Assembly (NCBI GenBank): GCA_041640295.1
Contig: JBEQAR010000004.1
Location: 3,128 to 67,127 of the forward strand
DNA length: 64,000 nt
DNA from: a bacterium
GTDB taxonomy: Bacteria > Patescibacteriota > Minisyncoccia > UBA6257 > HR35
Direction of reading: 5' to 3'
Of the stretch, positions 32,111-40,062 are shown piece by piece; positions within the stretch are counted from its first letter, which is position 1, and every line of letters starts with the position of its first letter. The translations under genes were made by a program, and so were the position numbers. Under the pieces are notes generated by a model. That model searched no databases. It was not told where the DNA came from and saw nothing but the letters and a program-made list of their open reading frames with translations.

Positions 32111-33273
32111 TGGGATTTTTCTTAGGCGACATTGGCGGAAGTAAAACAAGATTGATTTTTCTTGATTCAGAGAAAGATTTAAAAAAGCAAAATTTGAAAA
32201 TTTTTAAAACCCCTCAGAAGTATAAAGAATTTTTGGAATTATTAAGAAATGAGTATGTGGTACGAATTAATAGAAACCACAATAAACTAATACAAACAGA
32301 TAAAAATACTAACAATAATCGCGACTCTATACAAAAAAATAAAGTTCGCATCAATTTGCGTGAAAGTTCGCAATGGTTTGCGGCAAAGAAAACGAGAAAG
32401 ACTGTTTTTGGGTTTGCAGGTATGCTTGATGAAAAGAGAGAAAAATTAATTTATGCTCCGAATTTAAAAGATTTTGAAAATAAAAATTTAAAAAGAGATT
32501 TAGAAAAAATCTTGGAAACAGAAGTTATTTTAGAAAATGATGCTACTTTAGCTGGTTTAGGAGAAGGGAAATACGGAGTAGGTAAAAATTTTGATGTTTT
32601 TGGATATATAACTTTGTCAACAGGAGTAGGAGGCGCAAAAATTGTTAAGACGCGAACTAATACGAACTATAGCGAACTGATGCGAATAGATACTACAACA
32701 CGAACGGATACGAACAATGATAATAACCACGAACCAATACGAACAAATAATAGTTTATATGAGTTCGCGCCTAATGATAATGTTCGCAATAGTTCGCGAG
32801 AAAGTTCGCAATGGTTCGCGGTTGATATAAATAAATTTGGTTTTGAGCCTGGACACTCTTTTTTGTTATTAACGCAGACAGCCGCGGACTTAACGCAGAC
32901 ACTCTTTAACAATGTTCGCGGCAGTTCGCGTATAGTTCGCGGTAGTTGGCGTAAAAACTTATTTGAGATCGAAGAACTGCTTGGTGGAGAAAATATTGAG
33001 AAAACTTTTGGTAAAAAACCTGAAGAGATAAAAGACAAAAAATTTTGGAACTTTTATCATCAAATTCTTTCAATTTTTTTAATCAATGTTTCAATTTTTT
33101 GGTCTGTTGATAAAATAATTTTAGGCGGCGGAATTACAAAAAGTTTAGATTTTAAAAAATTAAATTCTCTAGTGAACAAACTCCACCCCTTGCCGATAAA
33201 AATACAAATAATAAAATCAAAACTCGGTGAAATGAGTGTTTTATATGGAGGATTAGTAAGGAGCGGTATCTAA
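32110..33273 (+). CDS. ROK family sugar kinase (glucokinase-like) carrying three in-frame repeat-derived insertions
   Basis: DIGGSKTR, ENDATLAGLGE, TLSTGVGGA, FEPGH, ILGGG; coupled to the PGI/PMI gene. Confidence 0.9.
   Translation: MGFFLGDIGGSKTRLIFLDSEKDLKKQNLKIFKTPQKYKEFLELLRNEYVVRINRNHNKLIQTDKNTNNNRDSIQKNKVRINLRESSQWFAAKKTRKTVFGFAGMLDEKREKLIYAPNLKDFENKNLKRDLEKILETEVILENDATLAGLGEGKYGVGKNFDVFGYITLSTGVGGAKIVKTRTNTNYSELMRIDTTTRTDTNNDNNHEPIRTNNSLYEFAPNDNVRNSSRESSQWFAVDINKFGFEPGHSFLLLTQTAADLTQTLFNNVRGSSRIVRGSWRKNLFEIEELLGGENIEKTFGKKPEEIKDKKFWNFYHQILSIFLINVSIFWSVDKIILGGGITKSLDFKKLNSLVNKLHPLPIKIQIIKSKLGEMSVLYGGLVRSGI
32261..32382. repeat. Eroded palindromic element, in-frame within ROK gene (insertion 1)
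   Basis: Left arm aligns without gaps to the 32651 copy; right arm gaaagttcgcaatggtttgcgg nearly identical to 32800-32821. Confidence 0.75.
32650..32820. repeat. Palindromic element, in-frame within ROK gene (insertion 2)
   Basis: Multiple (G/A)CGAAC units followed by GTTCGC units; 171 nt, no stop codon. Confidence 0.88.
32872..32952. repeat. Palindromic element, in-frame within ROK gene (insertion 3)
   Basis: CGC(A/G)GAC x3 then GTTCGCG x3 plus GTTGGCGT; 81 nt. Confidence 0.8.
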
Positions 33274-33318
33274 TTTACGCTATTTTTAAATTTTCACAAT
33301 TTATTTTATAATTAATCT

Positions 33319-33540
33319 ATGTCAAGAATAATTTTTGACCCAAAGATTTTAAGAGGGAAGCCGATTATTAAAGGAACAAGAATTTCTGTTGATTTAATTT
33401 TGGAACTTTTGGCTAATAATTGGTCAATTGAAGATATTTTAAAACAATATCCCCAACTAAAAAAACAAGACATTCTCGATGCTTTAAAATATTCTGCTAA
33501 GAGAATTAAGAGAGAAGAAACTATTTTAATTTCTAAATGA
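33319..33540 (+). CDS. DUF433 antitoxin (VapB45-like)
   Basis: DPKILRGKPIIKGTRISVDLILELLA..YPQL..DI.DAL.Y. Confidence 0.9.
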   Translation: MSRIIFDPKILRGKPIIKGTRISVDLILELLANNWSIEDILKQYPQLKKQDILDALKYSAKRIKREETILISK

Positions 33541-33857
33541 AATTTCTTTTGGATGAAAATATTCCTTTTGAACTTCAAAATTATTTAGCAAAATATAAAA
33601 TTTCAAGCTCTCATCTTTTAGGTTTGAAACTGAAAGGACTAAGCGATGAGGAAGTTTTCGATTATGCACAGAAAAGAAAATTTATAATAATTACTTTCGA
33701 TAAGGATTTCTTAAATGAGAAATTTTATACCCAATCCCATTACGGAGTAATTTATATTTCACCTAAAATCAAAGATTTAGATAAATTAGCAGAAGCAATT
33801 TTTAAAACGATTAAAAGTTATAAAAGTTTTAAAAACAAAGTTGTTATTATTCAATAA
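33537..33857 (+). CDS. DUF5615 / Mut7-C-like PIN-domain toxin (VapC45-like)
   Basis: MKFLLDENIP, SDEEV, IITFDKDF; ATGA-coupled to DUF433. Confidence 0.88.
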   Translation: MKFLLDENIPFELQNYLAKYKISSSHLLGLKLKGLSDEEVFDYAQKRKFIIITFDKDFLNEKFYTQSHYGVIYISPKIKDLDKLAEAIFKTIKSYKSFKNKVVIIQ

Positions 33858-33926
33858 AGATAAGCTTTGACAAAATTAGAATTTAATATGAGGCTTTTTA
33901 ATAGCCTAAGGGCTAGCGGTTAGTTT

Positions 33927-33998
33927 CGGGCTGTGGTGCAGTGGAAGCACGCTGGCTTCGGGTGCCAGAGGTCGTGGGTTCAAATCCCACCAGCCCGA
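33927..33998 (+). tRNA. tRNA-Pro (anticodon CGG), CCA not encoded
   Basis: Acceptor CGGGCTG/CAGCCCG, anticodon arm CTGGC-TTCGGGT-GCCAG, T-arm GTGGG-TTCAAAT-CCCAC. Confidence 0.96.
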
Positions 33999-34021
33999 AA
34001 AGAATATGTTAAAATATCAAA

Positions 34022-34432
34022 ATGACTGCTTTGGCTTTAATTTTTACTTTAGCGGCAATTGGAATTAGTGAAACTGTTTATCTTATTCGCAAAAGAATTG
34101 CTTCGGAAAAACCTGTTTGTATTTTAGGTGAAGATTGTGTAACTGTTTTAACCAGCAAATATAGTCGATTATTTATTATTCCCAATGATGTTTTAGGTTT
34201 TTTAGCGTATATTGTTATTGCAACAATTTCAGCATTTTTAGTAATTGGCGTTGAACCAATTTATTTTTGGAGTCTAATTCTTAAAATTCTAGTCTTTGTC
34301 GCTTCATTAATATCTCTTTTATTTACTTATCTTCAGTGGCGTGTTATTAAAGCTTGGTGTTTTTGGTGTTTAATGTCAGCTTTTACGATTTGGCTAATGG
34401 GTGTTATAATATTAGCAAGCCCAACAATTTGA
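34022..34432 (+). CDS. Vitamin K epoxide reductase (VKOR) family protein
   Basis: C-x5-C loop (CILGEDC), S.YS, CxxC (WCFWC) in TM4. Confidence 0.9.
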   Translation: MTALALIFTLAAIGISETVYLIRKRIASEKPVCILGEDCVTVLTSKYSRLFIIPNDVLGFLAYIVIATISAFLVIGVEPIYFWSLILKILVFVASLISLLFTYLQWRVIKAWCFWCLMSAFTIWLMGVIILASPTI

Positions 34433-34449
34433 GAATAAAGCTAATAGTT

Positions 34450-35700
34450 TTACAGACCAACTTCGTGGGGAAGGTTATTTAAAATAAACTCCTGTGGTTT
34501 TTCTGTAAAAATAATTCTTTTACCTAAACATTGAGCAAAACCGATTTCTAAGAGAGCCGAAGCTCCTACATATCCATCTGGATCACAAACTATTAAAGCA
34601 TCTGAGTTAGCAATTGAGTTTAAATGATAACGTTCTAATTCTAAAGGAGATAAACCTTCTTCGCCAGTGAAAATAACAAATTCTTCTCCAGGATTTTTAG
34701 GTTCGACAAACCTCGGACTAAGAACTTTTACACCTTTATTTTCTAATTCCTCTTTGATCTTTAAAATATAATCCAAATGTTTTCTAAAGCTTCCGCTCAA
34801 AGTTACATATCTAAATTCTTGTCTAATAACGCCATTTATCAAATTTGAATCAGAAGGAATAATTTTTTCAATATTATACTCTTCGCAGATAGCTTGAGCG
34901 ATTCCTGAAAAAGCTCGAGCTCCATGCATCCATTTAGGGTTATCAGGCATCAATCCTTCTAATTCTTTTAAAGTTATTTTTTCGTATATTTCCTTATTTT
35001 TATTTTTATAATCTTTTAAATCAATTAAGAATGGATGATCTTCGTCTTCAAATAAATAGTTTTTTCTTAATGGATAATTTGCTAATTTCATATAAGTTAA
35101 TTCTCCTCCTGAAAGAAAGGCTATTTTTGGTTTATTCTCTAAAGGAACAAGTTTCTGTTTTACATAACTCACAATCTCTTCTAATTTTATTTTTGAAATC
35201 TCCTCATTAATTTCTGGGAATTCAGTTAAAATTGTACCAACTCCTAATTCTAAATTTTTTCTTTCAATTGCCTCATTACCGTACATTATTACTAGTTCAG
35301 TTGTTCCTCCTCCAATATTAATCAAAAGGATCGGCTCATCAAGGTGACACTTTCCTATTAAAGCTTTTTCTAAATAAAAATTCTCTAAATCTTGAGAAAT
35401 AATATTGAAGTATAAACCTGTTCTTAAGAAGACTTCATCAATGAAGGATACTTTAGTTTGCGGAGATAACTTCCGAAAAATACCTGTAGCATAGATTTTA
35501 ATTGGGATGTTAGGATGTTGGGCTTTAACTGCGTCTAAAAGTTCAAAAAGTTCCTTTTTATTTTCTGGAGATATTCCTCCTTCGGGATCAAAACCTTCTT
35601 TAAAAAAGAGTGAACGCTGCATGTGGAGCTCCAATCTTTGTTTTGAATATTTATAAACCTTTACCGTTGAAGAACCTATATCTAAAAGAATTTTTTCCAT
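34450..35700 (-). CDS. Fusion of Ppx/GppA-like (ASKHA) phosphatase domain and C-terminal nucleoside 2-deoxyribosyltransferase-like domain
   Basis: DIGSSTVK, ATGIFR, NIGGGTTE in N-terminal part; LSGSF..SDALIV..GYVGASALLEIGFA..GKRI in C-terminal part. Confidence 0.72.
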   Translation of the reverse strand: MEKILLDIGSSTVKVYKYSKQRLELHMQRSLFFKEGFDPEGGISPENKKELFELLDAVKAQHPNIPIKIYATGIFRKLSPQTKVSFIDEVFLRTGLYFNIISQDLENFYLEKALIGKCHLDEPILLINIGGGTTELVIMYGNEAIERKNLELGVGTILTEFPEINEEISKIKLEEIVSYVKQKLVPLENKPKIAFLSGGELTYMKLANYPLRKNYLFEDEDHPFLIDLKDYKNKNKEIYEKITLKELEGLMPDNPKWMHGARAFSGIAQAICEEYNIEKIIPSDSNLINGVIRQEFRYVTLSGSFRKHLDYILKIKEELENKGVKVLSPRFVEPKNPGEEFVIFTGEEGLSPLELERYHLNSIANSDALIVCDPDGYVGASALLEIGFAQCLGKRIIFTEKPQEFILNNLPHEVGL

Positions 35701-35793
35701 TTGTTTGTTTTGCGAAAATAGACGACTTTTAATATTTAATTTTAATTTATAATTTAGACCACGATAGACTCCACCTTAAGATGTTCTAAAACT

Positions 35794-35820
35794 TTTATAA
35801 CATAAAACCCCCTATGTCAA
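35794..35820 (-). promoter_or_regulatory. Putative sigma70 promoter of the Ppx-NDT gene
   Basis: TTGACA -35 and extended TGtTATAAA -10 on the minus strand; the spacer is only 15 nt. Confidence 0.5.
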
Positions 35821-35888
35821 GCTTCTTATATTTGAATATTAGGTTATAACCTCTATAATATAATTAAGTATTTAAATTAAGTATTTAA

Positions 35889-36269
35889 ATGACAAAAGCA
35901 GGGTTTCATATTTTAAGGGTTGGATTAGGGATAACATTTTTGTGGATTGGGGTTTTGATTTTTAAGCAGCCTGAAGCTTGGGGAGGATATTTAAAACCTT
36001 GGGCAGCTGGTCTTTTGCCTGTTCCTCTTTCGCAAGCAATGATAGGCACCGCAATTTTAGATATTGTTATAGGTTTTTTATTTCTTGTCGACACTTTTAC
36101 TTGGTTAGCCTCACTACTTGCAACTATTCATCTTATCATTGTTTTAACTGTTAGTGGTATCACTGATATAACTGTAAGAGATATAGCTATTTTAGCTGGC
36201 GCGATAGCAGTTTTACTTGATTCCTTACCGCAAAAGTTTCTTGACAAATTTAAAATTTTTAAAAAGTAA
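35889..36269 (+). CDS. DoxX-like membrane protein
   Basis: LRVGLGITFLWIG..P..W, 4 TM, VRDIAIL. Confidence 0.75.
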   Translation: MTKAGFHILRVGLGITFLWIGVLIFKQPEAWGGYLKPWAAGLLPVPLSQAMIGTAILDIVIGFLFLVDTFTWLASLLATIHLIIVLTVSGITDITVRDIAILAGAIAVLLDSLPQKFLDKFKIFKK

Positions 36270-36310
36270 AGTATAATTGATACAAGTCGTCATTAACTAA
36301 ATAAAATTCT

Positions 36311-36847
36311 ATGAAAAATAAAATTCCTATAATCACTATAGCCGTCGGTTTAGTTATTATTTTAGGGTTTGCTGGTTATTACTTTTATAAAAAATCTACC
36401 CCTAGCCCAACACCAGAATTTCAAATTTCTCAACCACTTCAACCATCAGAAGAGGTTCAGCCACTACCAGAAGTAACACCTCCAGCTCCAACTGAACCTA
36501 CAGCAACTCCTTCATCCGAAGTTCAACCCCCAACCCAAAATGTTGTTATTTATACTGACTCTGGTTATTCGCCAAGTACTTTAAGAATCAAAGTTGGAGA
36601 AACTGTTACATTCAAAAATCAAAGCTCTCAAGCAATGTGGCCAGCTTCTGCTATGCATCCAAGCCATACAGTCTATAGTGGTACTTCTTTAGATGAACAT
36701 TGTCCTGATACAGCGGGAATAGCTTTTGATGCTTGTACTGGAATTCAACCAGGTAATTCTTGGAATTTTACCTTTAACAAAAAAGGAAGCTGGAAATACC
36801 ACGACCATCTAAATCCTTCATTTACCGGTACAATTATTGTTGAATAA
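36311..36847 (+). CDS. Membrane-anchored cupredoxin-fold protein with Pro/Thr linker
   Basis: TM anchor, PT-rich linker, GYSPSTLRIKVGETVTFKN, G.WKYHDHLNP..GTIIVE. Confidence 0.8.
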   Translation: MKNKIPIITIAVGLVIILGFAGYYFYKKSTPSPTPEFQISQPLQPSEEVQPLPEVTPPAPTEPTATPSSEVQPPTQNVVIYTDSGYSPSTLRIKVGETVTFKNQSSQAMWPASAMHPSHTVYSGTSLDEHCPDTAGIAFDACTGIQPGNSWNFTFNKKGSWKYHDHLNPSFTGTIIVE

Positions 36848-36849
36848 CA

Positions 36850-37719
36850 ATGAAGAAAATTATTTTTACTTTATCCCTTCTCTTTTTATTTAATTATCTT
36901 AATCAATTTACTTTTGCACAAGAAATCAATCTATCTCGTGATTTATATCTTGGTTTAAAAGGAAAAGATATAGAATTTTTGCAACAATTTTTAGCTAATG
37001 AAGGTGTTTATCCAGAAAAATATATCACTGGTTACTTTGGTCCTTTAACTAAAAAAGCAGTTATTAGATTTCAACAAAAATACAATATCTTTCCTCAACT
37101 TGGTTATGTTGGTCCCAAAACAAGAGCAAAGATTAACGAATTAATTTTACAAACAAAGTCAACAAAATCTTGTCCGACTATCGCACTTGATACCTCTAAA
37201 GGCAAAGAAGAATGTTTAAAATCAGCTGAATATCTTAATAAGATATATCCTGGATGTAATTATGCAAAAATATGTGAAGCAACTTCTTACCAAAAACCAT
37301 TTTTAGATTGTGGTCCAGCTCCAGGAGCGCCAGGAACTTGGAGATGTATTGATGGTATTTGGAAAAATATTAGTCAATGTGGAAAAATTCAATGTATCAG
37401 ATACGATCCAGTTTGTGGTACTGATGGTAGAACTTACGCTTGCGGAGAAGCTGATGCTGAATCTTGCGGTGTAGAAGTAGCTTACAAAGGAGAATGCAAA
37501 AAACAAGAATATCCAGCTCCGCCTCTTCCTAAGGAACGACCAGCAACATCATCAAAAAGTGTTCCAGCTCAAAGATTGCCTCAACCAATTTTCTGCACTC
37601 AAGAATGGAATCCAGTTTGTGGAGTAGATAATAAAACCTATTCTAATGAATGTATGGCAAGAGCAGCTGGCGTTGAAGTTAAATATAAAGGTGAGTGTCA
37701 ATCGACAATGAGTCGTTGA
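36850..37719 (+). CDS. Secreted peptidoglycan-binding protein with two Kazal-type domains
   Basis: PG_binding_1 (LQQFL..TGYFGPLTKKAVIRFQ..GYVGPKTR); DPVCGTDGRTY..GEC and NPVCGVDNKTYSNEC..GEC. Confidence 0.85.
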   Translation: MKKIIFTLSLLFLFNYLNQFTFAQEINLSRDLYLGLKGKDIEFLQQFLANEGVYPEKYITGYFGPLTKKAVIRFQQKYNIFPQLGYVGPKTRAKINELILQTKSTKSCPTIALDTSKGKEECLKSAEYLNKIYPGCNYAKICEATSYQKPFLDCGPAPGAPGTWRCIDGIWKNISQCGKIQCIRYDPVCGTDGRTYACGEADAESCGVEVAYKGECKKQEYPAPPLPKERPATSSKSVPAQRLPQPIFCTQEWNPVCGVDNKTYSNECMARAAGVEVKYKGECQSTMSR

Positions 37720-37736
37720 TTTTAAATATTTTATAA

Positions 37737-38180
37737 ATGGAAACAAAAACACATTATCCTTTAATCAGAACAATTTATCTTTATATTTTTGCTCTTTTGG
37801 GTTTGGTTCTTCTAATTGTTGGCAGCGTACGGTTTTTGGATATGGCTCTTAGGGCCTTTGTTTTTACTGCGGCTGAAAAAGAGGAAAGATTATGGAGTAA
37901 ACAACCTCCATTTCCGCCAATAGAAATAGCAAAGATTGGCAGAGTCGAAGGCGAAAAATTGTCTCCCAAAGAAGAAGTTAATCTTTCTAATGAAGAAAAA
38001 GCAATAATTGATAACTGGATTATTCAGTATAATAATTGGCGTGAAGAACGAGCTAAGATTGACCCGGTAACTTCAAGAAGACATCGAGAAGCATCTTTAA
38101 ATTTAGCTTTTATTCTAATAGGGTTGCCCTTATATCTCTATCACTGGTCTATAATCAGAAGAGAAACAAAAAAACAATAA
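37737..38180 (+). CDS. Membrane protein, DUF5671-like
   Basis: IRTIYLY..GL..L and GLPLYLYHW helices. Confidence 0.6.
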   Translation: METKTHYPLIRTIYLYIFALLGLVLLIVGSVRFLDMALRAFVFTAAEKEERLWSKQPPFPPIEIAKIGRVEGEKLSPKEEVNLSNEEKAIIDNWIIQYNNWREERAKIDPVTSRRHREASLNLAFILIGLPLYLYHWSIIRRETKKQ

Positions 38181-38355
38181 ATAATTTATAAAAATTGTCG
38201 CTTATTCTTATAAAAATTTATTAAAGAAGCTATTATTTTTCATAATTAATTTTTAGAAATAACATAAAAAACAAAATAATCTTAAATAAAAACTTGAGGA
38301 GTTAATTAAAAAGAAAGTGGTTTCAAAAATAAAGCTAAAAATTTATTAGCAAGTT

Positions 38356-38577
38356 ATGTTAATAAAAGTAAAAGTTTTCCCAAATTCAAAAGAAGAGATA
38401 ATAATTAAAAAATCTGAAGATAGTTTTGATGTTAAAATAAAAGAAAAATCTGAAAGAGGATTAGCTAATAAAGCAGTTATCAAAATTTTATCTTCTTATT
38501 TTAAGATTCCAATATCACAGATAAAATTAATTAAAGGCGCAAAACAAAGAAATAAAATTTTTGAGATAAAAATTTAA
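38356..38577 (+). CDS. DUF167 (YggU-like) protein
   Basis: VKVFPNS, GLANKAVI..LS.YF, LIKGAKQRNK. Confidence 0.85.
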   Translation: MLIKVKVFPNSKEEIIIKKSEDSFDVKIKEKSERGLANKAVIKILSSYFKIPISQIKLIKGAKQRNKIFEIKI

Positions 38578-38584
38578 TAATACT

Positions 38585-39310
38585 ATGAAACTTTATATCG
38601 TAGCAACGCCGATTGGGAATTTAAAAGATATAACCTTAAGAGCTTTGGAGGTTTTAAAATCTGTTAATTATATTGTTTGCGAAGATACAAGAAGAACAAA
38701 AAAATTATTAGATCATTATGGAATTAAAAATAAAAAATTAATTTCTTATTTTGCACCCCGAGAAGAAGAGAAGATTCCTTTGATTTTAAAAATTTTAGAA
38801 AAAGAAAATGTTGCCTTAGTTGTTGATGCGGGAATGCCGGGAATTTCTGATCCTGGTTATAAATTAATTAAGGCTTGTTTAGAGAAAACGCGGATTTACG
38901 CGGATATGACGAAAGATAATCAGCGTCTATCAGCGTCGAATCAGCGTGAATCAGCGTTAATAGAAATAGAGGTTTTACCGGGACCATCAGCATTTTTAAC
39001 TGCTCTTATTGGTTCAGGACTGCCAACTGATAAATTTTTATTTTTAGGATTTCTACCGAAAAAGGGATTAGAAAATTATTTAAGTAAATTTGAAAATTTA
39101 GAAGCAACAATAATTTTCTATGAATCGCCCCAAAGAATTCCAAAAACTTTAGATGTTATTGAAAAAGTTTTTGGAAATGTTGATATTGTTATTGCCCGCG
39201 AAATCTCGAAAATTTATGAGGAATATATAAGAGGAAAATTAAGCGAAATCAAAGAAAAATTAAAAAACAAAAAATTAAAAGGAGAACTAACTGTTATTTT
39301 TAGAAAATAG
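38585..39310 (+). CDS. rsmI: 16S rRNA (cytidine1402-2'-O)-methyltransferase with in-frame repeat insertion
   Basis: LYIVATPIGNLKDITLRAL, CEDTR, DAGMPGISDPG, YESPQR, REISKIYEE. Confidence 0.95.
   Translation: MKLYIVATPIGNLKDITLRALEVLKSVNYIVCEDTRRTKKLLDHYGIKNKKLISYFAPREEEKIPLILKILEKENVALVVDAGMPGISDPGYKLIKACLEKTRIYADMTKDNQRLSASNQRESALIEIEVLPGPSAFLTALIGSGLPTDKFLFLGFLPKKGLENYLSKFENLEATIIFYESPQRIPKTLDVIEKVFGNVDIVIAREISKIYEEYIRGKLSEIKEKLKNKKLKGELTVIFRK
38888..38958. repeat. Palindromic element, in-frame within rsmI
   Basis: ACGCGGAT x2 followed by ATCAGCGT x4; adds about 24 aa (TRIYADMTKDNQRLSASNQRESAL). Confidence 0.85.
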
Positions 39311-39328
39311 TGATAATGTTATCGTGTT

Positions 39329-40039
39329 TTATTTAGAATTAATCTTTTGGCAAATTTTTATGAAATTTTTAGGAATTAAACTTTGGGAACCTATTAAAAA
39401 TCCTAATAAAGGTAAATTAAGGTAATTTTCAATAGTTTCCAAAAAAACTGACCCGCCATAAATTACTCTATTTTCGATATTCCAATTTTTAACAAATTGA
39501 ATAAATTCCGAAACAATTTCTTTAGGAACTGATCCTTGGCGGTAAGTACTAATTGCCCAAGTAGGTTCATAGGCAATCAAAATATTTTTGTTTTTTAAAT
39601 CAATATTCTTAAATAAAATTTTAAATTGTTTTTGCCATTCAGTTTTTAGCTTGCTTAAATTAGTTATTTGCTTTTCTTCACCTAAACATACTACCGCCTT
39701 TAAATTGTTTTTTAATACAATATCAATTTTTTTATTCGCTATTTCTAAATTTTCGCCCAACTTTCTTCTTTCTGAATGATTAATAATAACAAAACGAGCG
39801 CCTATATTTTTAATCATCTTGACAGAAATCTCACCAGTATAAGCACCCTTCTCTTCGAAATAAATATTTTGAGCTCCAAAAATACAATTTTTAAATTTAT
39901 CAATTAGTGGTTTTAAAAAAATCGCTGGCGGAGCAATCCAAATATTTATTTTTTTTATTTTTTGATATTTTTTTACCAATCTAAAAGCTTCATTCAAAGT
40001 CAAAGGATTCATTTTCCAGTTGGCAATAACTAATTTCAT
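39329..40039 (-). CDS. tpiA: Triosephosphate isomerase
   Basis: ANWKMN, GAYTGE, HSERR, AYEPTWAI, YGGSV. Confidence 0.93.
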   Translation of the reverse strand: MKLVIANWKMNPLTLNEAFRLVKKYQKIKKINIWIAPPAIFLKPLIDKFKNCIFGAQNIYFEEKGAYTGEISVKMIKNIGARFVIINHSERRKLGENLEIANKKIDIVLKNNLKAVVCLGEEKQITNLSKLKTEWQKQFKILFKNIDLKNKNILIAYEPTWAISTYRQGSVPKEIVSEFIQFVKNWNIENRVIYGGSVFLETIENYLNLPLLGFLIGSQSLIPKNFIKICQKINSK

Positions 40040-40062
40040 TCTTTTTATAATATTTTACCAGT

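Noticed and set aside
32650-32952. CRISPR array or intein interpretation of the ROK repeats
   Set aside because: Units are 6-10 nt arranged as inverted arms with no constant repeat-spacer period and no cas genes; no intein C/S...HN-C/S/T motifs
32667-33038. 123-aa antisense ORF in ROK
   Set aside because: By-product of palindromic, stop-poor repeats on the opposite strand
33927-39310. Integrated prophage or ICE at tRNA-Pro
   Set aside because: No integrase, phage structural genes or duplicated tRNA 3' end (att site) seen
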